Assembly: GCA_017856205.1 (NCBI GenBank)
Contig: JAFMFL010000001.1
Location: 1 to 53,331 of the forward strand
Reading direction: 5' to 3'
Length of the DNA: 53,331 bases
DNA from: Flavobacteriaceae bacterium
Lineage (GTDB): Bacteria; Bacteroidota; Bacteroidia; Flavobacteriales; Flavobacteriaceae
How positions within the stretch are numbered: the stretch's first letter is position 1; each line of letters opens with the position of its first letter. A program made the position numbers and the translations under genes. This document shows positions 1-11,200 of this stretch, piece by piece. The notes under the pieces were generated by a model. That model was not told where the DNA came from. It saw only the letters and a list, made by a program, of their open reading frames with translations, and searched no databases.

Positions 1-2694
1 ATCGATATGGATAAGCAAGTACTTACCAAAGACGATATTATTACCATCATTAAGTACTTGATTGAGTTGATTAACTCAAAAGCTGAAATTGATGATATTG
101 ACCACCTTTCTAACCGCCGTGTTCGTACGGTAGGTGAGCAGCTTTCATCTCAGTTTGGTGTAGGGCTTTCTCGAATGGCGCGTACCATTCGCGAGCGAAT
201 GAATGTTCGCGATAATGAGGTATTTACACCTATCGACTTGATTAATGCCAAAACGCTTTCATCAGTAATTAACTCATTTTTTGGAACCAATCAGCTTTCG
301 CAGTTTATGGACCAAACCAATCCATTGGCAGAAATTACGCACAAGCGTCGTTTATCTGCACTAGGGCCTGGTGGACTTTCGCGTGAGCGTGCTGGATTTG
401 AGGTGCGCGATGTGCACTACACGCACTATGGAAGGCTGTGTCCAATCGAAACACCTGAAGGACCAAATATTGGTTTGATATCTTCACTAGGGGTTTTTGC
501 TAAAGTGAATAACCTTGGATTTATCGAAACACCCTACTACAAAGTAGAAAATGGTGTTGTTGATATGTCCCAGTCGCAGTATTTGTCTGCCGAAGAGGAA
601 GAAGGTAAATTATTTGCACAAGCAAACATTGATAAAAGTGAGTCGGGTGAAATAGCTGCTGATAAAATTATTGCACGTTCAGAAGCAGATTATCCAGTAG
701 TTGACAAAACTGAAGTACACTACACAGACGTGGCACCAAACCAAATTGCGTCTATCTCGGCTTCCTTGATTCCATTTTTGGAGCACGATGATGCAAACCG
801 TGCACTAATGGGCTCAAACATGATGCGTCAGGCGGTTCCGCTATTGCGTCCGCAAGCGCCCATTGTAGGTACAGGTCTTGAGCGTCAAGTTGCTACAGAT
901 TCGCGTGTACTTATCAATGCTGAAGGGGATGGAAAGGTAATCTATGTTGATGCTGAAAAAGTTACCATCAAATACGATATGTCTGATGACGAGAGATTGG
1001 TTTCTTTTGATTCGGATGAAAAGACATATGAACTGATTAAATTTCGCAAAACCAATCAAGGTTCATGTATCAACCTGAAACCCATCGTTTCTGTTGGTGA
1101 CCGTGTAGAAAAAGGTCAAGTGCTTTGTCAAGGATATGCCACAGAAAACGGCGAACTTGCCCTTGGTAGAAACATGAAAGTGGCGTTTATGCCATGGAAA
1201 GGATACAACTTTGAGGATGCTATTGTGATCTCAGAAAAGGTGGTTCGCGATGATATCTTTACATCAATCCATATTGATGAGTATTCATTGGAAGTACGCG
1301 ACACCAAATTGGGTAAAGAGGAATTAACCAATGATATTCCAAACGTTAGCGAAGAGGCTACCAAAGATTTGGACGAAAATGGTATGATTCGTGTGGGTGC
1401 CGAAGTAGGTGCTGGCGACATCCTAATTGGTAAAATCACACCGAAAGGTGAATCTGATCCTACTCCAGAAGAAAAACTTCTTCGTGCTATTTTTGGTGAT
1501 AAAGCGGGAGATGTAAAAGATGCTTCGCTGAAAGCATCGCCATCACTTAACGGGGTTGTTATAGACAAGAAGCTCTTTACCCGAATTGTTAAGGATAAGC
1601 GTAAGCGTTCGCAAGACAAAGAAGCCATTACGGAATTAGAGGATAACTATGAAGTTAAATTTGAGAAGTTAAAATCTGTATTGGTAGAAAAATTATTTTC
1701 TATCCTTAGTGGCAAAACATGTCAGGGCGTTATGAATGATCTCGGTGAAGAAGTAATGCCTAAAGGCAAGAAATTCACTTTGAAAATGCTTAACGCTGTG
1801 GATGATTATGCACACCTTGTCAACTCCGACTGGACAGTAGATAAGCGTATAAATTCCCTAATTAATGACTTAATGCACAACTACAAAATCAAAGAAAATG
1901 ATTTACAGGGTGCCTTGAGAAGAAATAAATTCACTATTTCTGTGGGAGATGAACTACCCGCTGGAATTTTAAAGCTTGCCAAAGTGTATATCGCTAAAAA
2001 GCGCAAGTTGAAAGTAGGAGATAAAATGGCTGGGCGTCACGGAAACAAAGGTATTGTTGCTCGAATTGTACGTCAAGAAGACATGCCGTTCTTAGAAGAT
2101 GGAACCCCTGTGGATATTGTACTAAATCCGCTTGGTGTACCTTCACGAATGAACATTGGTCAGATTTATGAAACCGTTCTTGGTTGGGCTGGTCAGAAAT
2201 TGGGCAAAACATTTGCCACACCAATTTTTGATGGTGCTACCAACGAGCAAATTGACGCACTGACCAAAGAAGCGGGAGTCCCACAGTTTGGTCATACGTA
2301 TTTATATGATGGCGGAACAGGAGAGCGCTTTGATCAGCCAGCAACGGTGGGTGTAATTTACATGCTAAAACTCGGACACATGGTGGACGACAAAATGCAC
2401 TCGCGTTCTATTGGGCCATACTCGCTTATTACCCAGCAGCCGCTTGGTGGTAAAGCGCAGTTTGGTGGACAGCGATTTGGTGAAATGGAAGTATGGGCAC
2501 TTGAAGCATATGGTGCATCGAGTACCCTACAAGAAATCTTGACCGTGAAGTCTGACGACGTGATTGGTCGAGCCAAAACATACGAGTCAATTGTTAAGGG
2601 TGAAGCCATGCCAAAGCCTGGTCTTCCAGAATCCTTTAACGTATTGATGCACGAACTTAAAGGTCTTGGCCTTGATATTCGATTAGAAGAATAA
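1..2694 (+). CDS. rpoB: DNA-directed RNA polymerase subunit beta, 5'-truncated at the window edge
   Basis: Frame 1 is open from base 1. The translation carries hallmark RpoB blocks ([71 protein letters not shown]). TAA at 2692-2694. Confidence 0.97.
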   Translation: MDMDKQVLTKDDIITIIKYLIELINSKAEIDDIDHLSNRRVRTVGEQLSSQFGVGLSRMARTIRERMNVRDNEVFTPIDLINAKTLSSVINSFFGTNQLSQFMDQTNPLAEITHKRRLSALGPGGLSRERAGFEVRDVHYTHYGRLCPIETPEGPNIGLISSLGVFAKVNNLGFIETPYYKVENGVVDMSQSQYLSAEEEEGKLFAQANIDKSESGEIAADKIIARSEADYPVVDKTEVHYTDVAPNQIASISASLIPFLEHDDANRALMGSNMMRQAVPLLRPQAPIVGTGLERQVATDSRVLINAEGDGKVIYVDAEKVTIKYDMSDDERLVSFDSDEKTYELIKFRKTNQGSCINLKPIVSVGDRVEKGQVLCQGYATENGELALGRNMKVAFMPWKGYNFEDAIVISEKVVRDDIFTSIHIDEYSLEVRDTKLGKEELTNDIPNVSEEATKDLDENGMIRVGAEVGAGDILIGKITPKGESDPTPEEKLLRAIFGDKAGDVKDASLKASPSLNGVVIDKKLFTRIVKDKRKRSQDKEAITELEDNYEVKFEKLKSVLVEKLFSILSGKTCQGVMNDLGEEVMPKGKKFTLKMLNAVDDYAHLVNSDWTVDKRINSLINDLMHNYKIKENDLQGALRRNKFTISVGDELPAGILKLAKVYIAKKRKLKVGDKMAGRHGNKGIVARIVRQEDMPFLEDGTPVDIVLNPLGVPSRMNIGQIYETVLGWAGQKLGKTFATPIFDGATNEQIDALTKEAGVPQFGHTYLYDGGTGERFDQPATVGVIYMLKLGHMVDDKMHSRSIGPYSLITQQPLGGKAQFGGQRFGEMEVWALEAYGASSTLQEILTVKSDDVIGRAKTYESIVKGEAMPKPGLPESFNVLMHELKGLGLDIRLEE

Positions 2695-2707
2695 TAAAAG
2701 TATTGAC

Positions 2708-5700
2708 ATGGCACGTATAAACGAAATACAACAACAAAAAGATTTTAATAAAATCTCCATTGGGCTTTCATCGCCCGAAACCATTTTAGCAGCTTCGAAA
2801 GGGGAGGTGTTAAAACCAGAAACCATCAACTACCGTACGCACAAACCAGAGCGTGACGGTTTGTTTTGTGAGCGTATTTTTGGTCCTGTAAAGGATTTTG
2901 AATGTGCTTGTGGAAAATATAAGCGTATTCGATACAAAGGAATTGTTTGTGACCGCTGTGGGGTAGAAGTAACAGAGAAAAAGGTACGCCGCGACCGTGT
3001 TGGACACATCAGCTTAGTGGTGCCTGTGGCACACATTTGGTACTTCCGCTCACTGCCTAACAAAATTGGCTACTTGCTTGGACTTCCGTCCAAGAAGTTG
3101 GATATGATTATTTACTACGAAAGATACGTAGTTATTCAACCAGGTATTGCGACCAACGAAGAAGGAGAACCTGTTCAAAAAATGGATTTCTTGACCGAGG
3201 AAGAGTACCTAAACATCCTGGAAAAACTTCCGCAAGACAACCAATATTTGGAAGATAGTGACCCAAATAAGTTTATTGCAAAAATGGGTGCGGAGTGTTT
3301 GATTGAAATTTTGAATCGCATTGATTTAGATGAACTTTCGTATCAGTTGCGCGATAAAGCCAACAACGAAACTTCAAAGCAACGTAAAACAGAAGCGCTA
3401 AAGCGCCTTCAAGTTGTTGAGGCGTTCCGTGATGCAAACAAAAACCGCGAAAACCGTCCAGAGTGGATGATTATGAAGGTAGTACCTGTGATTCCACCAG
3501 AATTACGCCCGTTGGTACCACTAGATGGTGGTCGTTTTGCCACTTCTGATTTGAACGACTTATATCGTCGTGTCATTATCCGTAACAATCGTTTAAAGCG
3601 TTTGTTAGAGATTAAAGCACCAGAGGTGATTTTGCGAAACGAAAAGCGTATGCTGCAAGAGTCTGTAGATTCGTTGTTTGATAACACACGTAAGTCTTCT
3701 GCGGTAAAAACAGATGCAAACCGTCCGCTAAAATCACTTTCAGACTCGCTCAAAGGAAAGCAAGGACGTTTCCGTCAAAACTTACTTGGTAAACGTGTTG
3801 ATTACTCTGCGCGTTCGGTAATTGTAGTTGGACCCGAGCTTAAACTTTATGAGTGTGGTTTGCCAAAGAATATGGCTGCCGAATTGTATAAGCCGTTTAT
3901 CATTCGCAAACTTATTGAGCGCGGCATTGTAAAAACGGTAAAATCTGCAAAGAAAATTATTGATAAGCGTGAGCCTGTGGTATGGGATATTTTAGAAAAT
4001 GTCCTTAAAGGGCATCCTGTACTATTGAACCGCGCCCCCACGCTTCACCGCTTGGGTATTCAAGCTTTCCAGCCAAAACTGATTGAAGGAAAAGCGATTC
4101 AGTTACACCCACTGGCGTGTACCGCATTTAACGCCGACTTTGATGGCGACCAAATGGCAGTACACTTACCACTAGGTCCAGAGGCAATTCTTGAAGCGCA
4201 GTTATTAATGTTGGCATCGCATAACATTCTTAACCCAGCCAACGGTTCGCCAATCACAGTACCCTCTCAAGACATGGTACTTGGATTGTATTATATGACC
4301 AAAGCACGTAAGTCTACTAAAGACCATAAGGTTAAAGGAGAAGGCTTAACTTTCTATAGCGCTGATGAGGTAAATATTGCCTTTAACGAAGGTAAAGTTA
4401 ACCTTAATGCAATGGTTAAAATCCGCGCAAAAGACTTTAACGATGCTGGTGAGTTGGTGTATCAAATTATCGACACAACTGTAGGTAGAATATTATTCAA
4501 CCAACATGTGCCCGAACAAGCTGGTTATATCAACGAAGTATTAACTAAAAAATCCCTTCGTGGAATTATTGGTAATATTCTTAAGGTGACAAGCGTTCCT
4601 GAGACGGCTGAATTCCTTGATAAAATTAAGGATATGGGCTTCTCGTTTGCATTCAAAGGAGGGCTGTCGTTTAGTTTGGGTGATATTATTATCCCAAAAG
4701 AAAAAACAGTATTGATTGATGAGGCCAATGAACAAGTAGATGGCATTATTGCGAACTACAACATGGGTCTTATCACCAATAATGAGCGTTACAATCAGGT
4801 AATTGATATTTGGACATCTACCAATGCAACACTTACCGAGCTTGCCATGAAGCGCATTAGCGAAGATCAGCAAGGATTTAACTCGGTATATATGATGTTG
4901 GATTCGGGAGCTCGTGGTTCTAAAGAGCAAATTCGTCAGCTTACGGGTATGCGTGGACTGATGGCGAAGCCTAAAAAATCGAACTCTGGTGGAGGAGAAA
5001 TTATCGAAAACCCGATTCTATCCAATTTTAAAGAAGGACTTTCGATTTTGGAGTACTTTATTTCTACCCACGGTGCACGTAAAGGTCTTGCCGATACAGC
5101 ACTTAAAACTGCCGATGCAGGATACTTAACACGTCGCTTGCACGATGTGGCACAAGACGTAATCGTAAATGAAGACGATTGTGGTACACTTCGCGGACTT
5201 ACGGTTTCTGCATTAAAGAAAAACGAAGAAATCGTTGAATCTCTTGGAGATCGTATTCTTGGGCGTGTAGCTTTGCACGATATTATTAACCCACTTTCGG
5301 GTGATGTTCTTGTTACTGCAGGGGAGGAAATTTTAGATGCTCATGTTAAGGCTATCGAAGCATCTCCCATTGAAAGTGTTGAGGTTCGCTCACCACTAAC
5401 CTGTGAGGCGAAAAAAGGAATTTGTGCCAAATGTTATGGGCGCAACCTTGCAACAGGTAAAATGGTGCAAATGGGTGAATCTGTGGGTGTTATTGCTGCA
5501 CAGTCGATTGGAGAGCCTGGGACACAGCTTACACTTCGTACGTTCCACGTAGGGGGTATTGCTGGCAACATTTCCGAGGAAAACAAACTCATTGCTCGTT
5601 TTGATGGAGTTGTAGAAATTGAAGAACTCAAAACTGTTGATGGAAAAGATAACGATGGAAATCCTGCTAAGATTGTAATTTCACGCACCTCTGAAATCAA

Positions 5701-7009
5701 GGTTGTGGATAAAAACACAGGTATTGTTCTCAGTACCAACAACATTCCTTATGGATCGTTTGTTTTTGTAAAAGATGGGCAAACAATCAAAAAAGGAGAT
5801 GTGATTTGTCAATGGGATCCTTATAATGGGGTGATTATTTCTGAATTTACAGGCTCTATAGGATATGAAAACATTGAGCAAGGTGTTACCTACCAAGTAG
5901 AAATTGATGAACAAACAGGTTTCCAAGAGAAGGTTATTTCGGAATCAAGAAACAAAAAAATCATTCCTACCTTATTGATTAAGGATGCTAAAGGTAAAAC
6001 GTTACAATCGTACAACTTACCTGTAGGCGCTCACCTTATGGTAAACGATGGTGAGAAAATAGAGAATGGTAAAATTTTAGTGAAAATTCCTCGTAAGTCT
6101 GCAAAATCTGGAGATATTACAGGAGGTCTGCCACGAGTTACGGAGCTTTTCGAGGCGCGTAATCCGTCTAACCCTGCTGTAGTTTCTGAAATTGATGGAG
6201 TGGTAACCTTTGGTAAAATCAAGCGTGGAAACCGTGAGATTATTGTTGAATCACGAACAGGTCAAATAAAGAAATATCTTGTCAAGCTTTCGAATCAAAT
6301 TTTGGTTCAAGAAAATGACTTTGTAAAGGCAGGTATGCCACTTTCGGATGGTGCCATAACGCCTAATGATATTTTATCTATTAAAGGACCTGCTGCTGTA
6401 CAACAGTATTTGGTTAACGAAGTACAAGAAGTATATCGTTTACAAGGGGTGAAAATCAACGACAAGCACTTTGAAGTTGTAGTGCGCCAGATGATGCGTA
6501 AGGTTCAAATTCAAGATTCGGGTGATACTACCTTCCTAGAAGGACAATTGGTGCACAAAATGGATTTCATCGAAGAAAACGACGCGCTATTTGGTCAAAA
6601 AGTGGTGTTGGATGCTGGCGATTCTGAAAACCTTAAAGCAGGTCAAATTATTACAGCACGTCAATTACGTGACGAAAACTCTTTACTAAAACGCGAAGAC
6701 AAAAACCTAGTAGAAGCCCGCGATGCTGTAAACGCTACTGCAACGCCAATTCTACAAGGAATTACAAGAGCATCGCTACAGACCAAGTCGTTTATTTCGG
6801 CAGCGTCGTTCCAAGAAACCACTAAGGTACTTAACGAAGCCGCTGTTGCAGGTAAAATAGATACCCTTGAAGGACTGAAAGAAAACGTTATTGTAGGTCA
6901 TAAGATTCCAGCGGGTACGGGTAACCGTGCCTTTAACGATATTATTGTGGGCTACACGGACGAATATGAAGCGTTAATCGCTGAAAAATCTTTAAGTGCT
7001 GATGTATAA
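2708..7009 (+). CDS. rpoC: DNA-directed RNA polymerase subunit beta'
   Basis: 1433-aa ORF starting 13 nt after rpoB. It has the zinc-finger cysteines CACGKY..CDRCGV and the catalytic [12 protein letters not shown] motif. The length is typical of Bacteroidota RpoC. Confidence 0.97.
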   Translation: MARINEIQQQKDFNKISIGLSSPETILAASKGEVLKPETINYRTHKPERDGLFCERIFGPVKDFECACGKYKRIRYKGIVCDRCGVEVTEKKVRRDRVGHISLVVPVAHIWYFRSLPNKIGYLLGLPSKKLDMIIYYERYVVIQPGIATNEEGEPVQKMDFLTEEEYLNILEKLPQDNQYLEDSDPNKFIAKMGAECLIEILNRIDLDELSYQLRDKANNETSKQRKTEALKRLQVVEAFRDANKNRENRPEWMIMKVVPVIPPELRPLVPLDGGRFATSDLNDLYRRVIIRNNRLKRLLEIKAPEVILRNEKRMLQESVDSLFDNTRKSSAVKTDANRPLKSLSDSLKGKQGRFRQNLLGKRVDYSARSVIVVGPELKLYECGLPKNMAAELYKPFIIRKLIERGIVKTVKSAKKIIDKREPVVWDILENVLKGHPVLLNRAPTLHRLGIQAFQPKLIEGKAIQLHPLACTAFNADFDGDQMAVHLPLGPEAILEAQLLMLASHNILNPANGSPITVPSQDMVLGLYYMTKARKSTKDHKVKGEGLTFYSADEVNIAFNEGKVNLNAMVKIRAKDFNDAGELVYQIIDTTVGRILFNQHVPEQAGYINEVLTKKSLRGIIGNILKVTSVPETAEFLDKIKDMGFSFAFKGGLSFSLGDIIIPKEKTVLIDEANEQVDGIIANYNMGLITNNERYNQVIDIWTSTNATLTELAMKRISEDQQGFNSVYMMLDSGARGSKEQIRQLTGMRGLMAKPKKSNSGGGEIIENPILSNFKEGLSILEYFISTHGARKGLADTALKTADAGYLTRRLHDVAQDVIVNEDDCGTLRGLTVSALKKNEEIVESLGDRILGRVALHDIINPLSGDVLVTAGEEILDAHVKAIEASPIESVEVRSPLTCEAKKGICAKCYGRNLATGKMVQMGESVGVIAAQSIGEPGTQLTLRTFHVGGIAGNISEENKLIARFDGVVEIEELKTVDGKDNDGNPAKIVISRTSEIKVVDKNTGIVLSTNNIPYGSFVFVKDGQTIKKGDVICQWDPYNGVIISEFTGSIGYENIEQGVTYQVEIDEQTGFQEKVISESRNKKIIPTLLIKDAKGKTLQSYNLPVGAHLMVNDGEKIENGKILVKIPRKSAKSGDITGGLPRVTELFEARNPSNPAVVSEIDGVVTFGKIKRGNREIIVESRTGQIKKYLVKLSNQILVQENDFVKAGMPLSDGAITPNDILSIKGPAAVQQYLVNEVQEVYRLQGVKINDKHFEVVVRQMMRKVQIQDSGDTTFLEGQLVHKMDFIEENDALFGQKVVLDAGDSENLKAGQIITARQLRDENSLLKREDKNLVEARDAVNATATPILQGITRASLQTKSFISAASFQETTKVLNEAAVAGKIDTLEGLKENVIVGHKIPAGTGNRAFNDIIVGYTDEYEALIAEKSLSADV

Positions 7010-7320
7010 TGAGTGATAAGGCAAAAAAAGACGGGAGTATCAATATCGAGCTTGATCCGGAAACGGCACAAGGTACGTACTCTAATTTGGCGATTATTAA
7101 CCATTCGGCTTCTGAGTTTGTAGTAGATTTTATTAATATCATGCCTGGCGCGCCAAAAGCAAAAGTGCGATCACGTATCATACTTACGCCACAGCACGCC
7201 AAGCGATTTTTAAAGGCCTTAGGCGAAAATGTACAACGCTTTGAAGCTGCCCACGGCGAAATTAACGACTATGAGCAACCGCCCATACCGCTTAATTTTG
7301 GTCCAACCGGCGAAGCATAA
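7009..7320 (+). CDS. DUF3467-family small protein
   Basis: 103-aa ORF whose ATG shares one base with the rpoC stop (TAATG at 7007-7011). The sequence (AQGTYSNLAIINHSASEFVVDF...ILTPQHAKRF) matches my recollection of DUF3467 proteins found after rpoC in Bacteroidota. Confidence 0.8.
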   Translation: MSDKAKKDGSINIELDPETAQGTYSNLAIINHSASEFVVDFINIMPGAPKAKVRSRIILTPQHAKRFLKALGENVQRFEAAHGEINDYEQPPIPLNFGPTGEA

Positions 7321-7325
7321 AAAAC

Positions 7326-7353
7326 AAAACCCCGCTGAAAAGCGGGGTTTTTT
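7326..7353. terminator. Bidirectional intrinsic terminator between DUF3467 (+) and prfC (-)
   Basis: AAAACCCCGCT (7326-7336), GAAA loop, AGCGGGGTTTT (7341-7351), then further T residues. The A-tract and T-tract flank the stem symmetrically, so it could work on both strands. Confidence 0.8.
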
Positions 7354-7364
7354 ATTAGTTGTGA

Positions 7365-8951
7365 TTAAAACTCCGAAGTAGCATGAAAAGCAACACCTGG
7401 ATATTTGCTTTGGGTCATTTGTAGGGTAAAGGCGGAATCTGCTAAAAACACCAATTGTCCCTGTTTGTCACGCGCCAAAAACTTGGATTTGGTTTGTTTA
7501 AAGTCTGCAAAATCTGCATCACCACTTTCGTTGACTGCTACCCAACAGGCTTTGTGTACGTTTAGGTTTTCGTAGGAGCAGCTTGCACCATATTCGTGCT
7601 CTAAGCGATACTGAATCACATCAAACTGAAGTGCACCTACAGTCCCCACTACTTTACGTCCATTTAGCTCAAGGGTAAACAACTGGGCAACGCCTTCGTC
7701 CATAAGTTGGTCTATGCCTTTGTTAAGTTGTTTGGCTTTCATGGGGTCAGCATTGTTAATGTATCTAAAATGCTCGGGTGAAAAACTCGGAATACCTTTA
7801 AAATGTACCTGTTCGCCAGAAGTGAGTGTGTCGCCAATTTTAAAATTTCCGGTATCATGTAGACCCACGATATCACCAGGATATGAGATGTCTACAATTT
7901 CTTTTTTGTCCGCAAAAAACGCATTTGGACTACTAAACTTTAGCTTTTTATTGTAACGTACATGAAGGTAAGGCACATTTCGTACAAAGGTTCCGGAAAC
8001 GATTTTCACAAACGCCAATCTATCGCGGTGTTTGGGATCCATATTAGCGTGGATTTTGAACACAAAACCCGAAAAAGCTTCTTCATTGGGCGCTATGGTA
8101 CGTTCCTCACTGTTTTTGGGTTGGGGTGGTGGCGCAATGTCCACAAAGCAATCTAACAATTCTTGTACCCCAAAATTGTTTAGCGCAGAACCAAAAAATA
8201 CGGGATGTTGCTGCCCGTTCAAATAAGCATCTCTGTCAAAGTTAGGATATACTTCACGCACCAATTCCAATTCCTCTTCAAGCGTGGCTTTTGCAGCACT
8301 ACCTATGGCGTTTTTGAGGGCATCATCGTCTAAGCTTTCGATGACGCTACTGTTGCTGATAGTGGTTTTACTTTCGCTATCAAATAGACGAATATTGTTA
8401 TTCCACAAATTGTAAATGCCTTGAAAATCGTAGCCCATGCCTATGGGAAAACTCATGGGTACGGTGGTAAGTCCTAATTTTTGTTCTACCTCGTCTAACA
8501 GGTCAAAAGCATCTTTTCCTTCACGGTCTAATTTGTTGATAAACACAATGATAGGAATGTTTCGCATACGGCAAACCGACACCAATTTTTCGGTTTGCTC
8601 CTCTACGCCTTTTGCTACATCAATAACTACAATAACACTATCTACGGCAGTAAGTGTGCGATAGGTGTCTTCGGCAAAATCCTTGTGACCGGGCGTATCT
8701 AGAATATTGATTTTTTTGTTTTTATATAAAAATGCAAGCACAGACGTAGCTACAGAAATTCCGCGCTGACGTTCTATTTCCATAAAGTCACTTGTTGCTG
8801 ATTTTTTAATTTTGTTTGACTTTACGGCACCTGCCTCTTGAATAGCACCACCAAAGAGCAGAAGCTTTTCGGTTAGCGTTGTTTTACCAGCATCGGGGTG
8901 GGAGATAATACCAAATGTGCGGCGTCGGGAAATTTCTTCGAGAAAACTCAT
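7365..8951 (-). CDS. prfC: Peptide chain release factor 3
   Basis: Translational GTPase with G1 motif SHPDAGKTTLTEKLL and DTPGHKDF, and RF3-like overall length. The start is set at ATG 8951 (MSFLEEISRRRTFGIISHPDAGKT). The longer track ORF to 9080 crosses its own promoter box and the idi start. Confidence 0.9.
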   Translation of the reverse strand: MSFLEEISRRRTFGIISHPDAGKTTLTEKLLLFGGAIQEAGAVKSNKIKKSATSDFMEIERQRGISVATSVLAFLYKNKKINILDTPGHKDFAEDTYRTLTAVDSVIVVIDVAKGVEEQTEKLVSVCRMRNIPIIVFINKLDREGKDAFDLLDEVEQKLGLTTVPMSFPIGMGYDFQGIYNLWNNNIRLFDSESKTTISNSSVIESLDDDALKNAIGSAAKATLEEELELVREVYPNFDRDAYLNGQQHPVFFGSALNNFGVQELLDCFVDIAPPPQPKNSEERTIAPNEEAFSGFVFKIHANMDPKHRDRLAFVKIVSGTFVRNVPYLHVRYNKKLKFSSPNAFFADKKEIVDISYPGDIVGLHDTGNFKIGDTLTSGEQVHFKGIPSFSPEHFRYINNADPMKAKQLNKGIDQLMDEGVAQLFTLELNGRKVVGTVGALQFDVIQYRLEHEYGASCSYENLNVHKACWVAVNESGDADFADFKQTKSKFLARDKQGQLVFLADSAFTLQMTQSKYPGVAFHATSEF

Positions 8952-8956
8952 GTGCG

Positions 8957-8964
8957 CAAAAATA
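8957..8964 (-). promoter_or_regulatory. -7 promoter box TATTTTTG for prfC
   Basis: The minus strand reads TATTTTTG, a full match to the Bacteroidota TAnnTTTG consensus, with 5 nt between the box and ATG 8951. No clear -33 TTG was seen. Confidence 0.45.
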
Positions 8965-9021
8965 CGTTGATTTCGTAAAAAGACGCCGTACCACGTCATT
9001 TTTTGTATTTTTAAGTCCGAT

Positions 9022-9540
9022 ATGGAGGAACAGGTTATTTTAGTTGATAAGCAGGACAATCCGATAGGGTTGATGCCCAAAATGGAGGCTCACGAAAAGG
9101 GAGTATTGCATCGTGCATTTTCGGTTTTTATCCTTAACTACAAAGGTGAACTTATGTTGCAACAACGTGCTTTGCACAAATACCATTCGCCGGGTTTGTG
9201 GACCAATACCTGCTGCAGTCATCAGCGCAATGGCGAAAGTAATATCGCTGCTGGTCAGCGCAGATTGCGAGAGGAAATGGGATTTGTTGCTGAACTACGC
9301 GAAGTAACCTCTTTTATTTACAAAGCCCCTTTTGACAACGGACTTACTGAACATGAGCTAGATCACATCATGATTGGGCAATATAACGACGAACCCAATA
9401 TCAACCCTGAAGAAGTAGCCGATTGGAAATGGATGCATGTTGATGCCGTTCGTGACGACATTCACATACACCCCGAAAAGTATACCGCGTGGTTTATCAT
9501 TATCTTTGAGCAATTCTATGAAAAAATAAAATTGCTATGA
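9022..9540 (+). CDS. idi: Isopentenyl-diphosphate delta-isomerase, type 1 (Nudix fold)
   Basis: 172 aa with LHRAFSVF, WTNTCCSH and the acidic RRLREEMG segment characteristic of type-1 IDI. Confidence 0.85.
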   Translation: MEEQVILVDKQDNPIGLMPKMEAHEKGVLHRAFSVFILNYKGELMLQQRALHKYHSPGLWTNTCCSHQRNGESNIAAGQRRLREEMGFVAELREVTSFIYKAPFDNGLTEHELDHIMIGQYNDEPNINPEEVADWKWMHVDAVRDDIHIHPEKYTAWFIIIFEQFYEKIKLL

Positions 9541-9953
9541 ATAAAGTGACTGTGAGCCGAAAGGCACACTTTAACGCAGCGCATCGGCTATACAGAAAAG
9601 ACTGGAGCGACGCCCAAAACGAAGCTGTTTTTGACAAATGCAACAACCCGTATTTTCACGGGCACAACTACGAACTCATCGTGTCAGTTACAGGAGAAAT
9701 TGACCCAGAAACAGGTTATGTGATGGATATGAAAGTGCTAAAAGACTTGATTAAAACCCACATAGAAGATGCATTTGACCACAAAAACCTAAACGAGCAA
9801 GTGCCTGAATTTGCGTCGCTTATTCCTACTGCAGAAAATATTTCGGTGGTAATTTGGGAGAAGTTAAGACCACATATTGACAAGAAAAACGATTTATCCA
9901 TAACTTTGTATGAAACCCCCAGAAACTATGTACAGTTTTCGGGACCTAACTAA
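9537..9953 (+). CDS. 6-pyruvoyl-tetrahydropterin / 6-carboxytetrahydropterin synthase family protein
   Basis: 138 aa with FNAAHRL and the CNNPYFHGHNYEL (Cys-x-His-Gly-His) zinc/catalytic motif of the PTPS/QueD family. It overlaps idi by 4 nt. Confidence 0.85.
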   Translation: MNKVTVSRKAHFNAAHRLYRKDWSDAQNEAVFDKCNNPYFHGHNYELIVSVTGEIDPETGYVMDMKVLKDLIKTHIEDAFDHKNLNEQVPEFASLIPTAENISVVIWEKLRPHIDKKNDLSITLYETPRNYVQFSGPN

Positions 9954-9961
9954 AAAATCCT

Positions 9962-10228
9962 ATGGCAACGATTCGCGATTTAAAAAAAGACATCAACCAT
10001 GTGTTGGGAGAAATTATTGAAATGACGTTGGATTGGGAAAAAGCCAATCCCGACGCCGACAAAAAACCTTCGGCGGCTATTGTTGACGAAGCCATAACCG
10101 CTTATGATACCTTTAGCGCAAAAATTTACCAAAAAGACATTGAGAACAAAAAGGCGCATTTTCGCGCGATTCAAGATGAGCTTGCCGAAAAAGGCAATGC
10201 ACTCATTGAAAAGCTCAATGCGCTGTAA
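9962..10228 (+). CDS. Hypothetical small protein (88 aa, predicted helical)
   Basis: Clean ATG ORF with neighbour-like codon usage. I recognise no family. The 3' end overlaps the convergent alkB-like gene by 14 nt. Confidence 0.55.
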   Translation: MATIRDLKKDINHVLGEIIEMTLDWEKANPDADKKPSAAIVDEAITAYDTFSAKIYQKDIENKKAHFRAIQDELAEKGNALIEKLNAL

Positions 10229-10820
10229 GCACTTTTCTGAAAGTTAGGTTAATGCGTGGGTCAACTGCTCTGGCAGTTTTGGCAATTTGATGCTTCCAAA
10301 AGTGTTGTGTAGTCCCTTCCATAAGTAGTAAACTCCCATGAGAAAGGGCAAACTTCAACCTTTGGGTTTTATCGTGTTTGTGCTTGAGGTGAAAATAGCG
10401 TTCTGCACCCAAACTCACTGAAGCAATCACAGGATTTGTGCCTAATTCTGGCTCGTCGTCGGCGTGCCAACCGTTGCTGTCTTTTCCTGTCCGGTATAAA
10501 TTGAGCAGAACGGTGGTAAAATTTTCAGCGCAATAGGATTTAATTTTTGCTTCGATTTCTAACAGCGATTGGGTCATCGGTTTTGGTTGCATCACAATTC
10601 CTGAGTAGCCGTAAGGGGCAGTAGTGTGTCCATGCAACGAAGTCATGCGTGGTTGTGGGTAGGTTTTACCAAAAAGAGTAATCGGATCGTTTTGCCATGC
10701 GATAGTATCCTGCAACTCTAAAAAATATGCATCTGCAATATCTTTTGATAAAAAATTTGGATAATACCGTATTGATGCGTCGGGCAGTTTGGGCTCAAAA
10801 ACATCAAAAAGCAAGGACAT
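10215..10820 (-). CDS. alkB: Alpha-ketoglutarate-dependent dioxygenase AlkB
   Basis: 201 aa with GWHADDE (HxD iron ligands), a distal His in GTTQHFWKH, and RINLTFRKV (2OG-binding Arg), all typical of AlkB. Confidence 0.8.
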   Translation of the reverse strand: MSLLFDVFEPKLPDASIRYYPNFLSKDIADAYFLELQDTIAWQNDPITLFGKTYPQPRMTSLHGHTTAPYGYSGIVMQPKPMTQSLLEIEAKIKSYCAENFTTVLLNLYRTGKDSNGWHADDEPELGTNPVIASVSLGAERYFHLKHKHDKTQRLKFALSHGSLLLMEGTTQHFWKHQIAKTARAVDPRINLTFRKVLTAH

Positions 10821-11152
10821 TATTCAGATTGCTTTTTATTGTTTCGCTTTTTGATGGTTTCCTCTTTATAATGTAAAAACAAGGTGTTTACAAACCCCAA
10901 AATCAACGCCACGCCCACAATGATATACGCCATGGTGAAAAGTTTGCCCAAATCGGTTTGGGGTGAAAAATCGCCATAACCAATGGTGGTAAGGGTAATG
11001 ACGGAAAAATAAAGCGAATCTAACCACGACCAACCCTCAATAAGACGGTAGGCAACTGTGCCGATTGCCAAAAAAAAGTTGGTTGCAAAAATCAACGCGC
11101 GATAGGCAGGGTCGCGCCAAAACGAAAGCAGGGTGCGCCAGAAAAATAGCAT
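10820..11152 (-). CDS. Minimal two-TM potassium channel (pore-only, Ion_trans_2 type)
   Basis: 110 aa with two hydrophobic helices flanking the canonical K+ selectivity filter TTIGYGD. No cytosolic gating domain is present. Its stop overlaps the alkB ATG (TAATG). Confidence 0.8.
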   Translation of the reverse strand: MLFFWRTLLSFWRDPAYRALIFATNFFLAIGTVAYRLIEGWSWLDSLYFSVITLTTIGYGDFSPQTDLGKLFTMAYIIVGVALILGFVNTLFLHYKEETIKKRNNKKQSE

Positions 11153-11200
11153 GGTGTAAGGTTTTTATAAAATTAGGGAATTTTAGAGAATAATAGTTTA

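Noticed and set aside
841-6222. Numerous 60-166-aa antisense or out-of-frame ORFs inside rpoB and rpoC (for example 1128-1628, 2358-2714, 3409-3753, 4541-4930, 5434-5745).
   Set aside because: All lie within strongly conserved RNAP coding sequence on the opposite strand or in another frame. Their composition is low-complexity and Ser/Arg-rich, they have no promoter boxes, and I recognise no motifs. They are the expected by-products of long ORFs.
8952-9080. 5' extension of the prfC ORF (track start 9080).
   Set aside because: The extension runs through prfC's own TATTTTTG box and across the divergent idi start. The conserved RF3 N-terminus begins at MSFLEEISRRRTFGIISHPDAGKT (ATG 8951).
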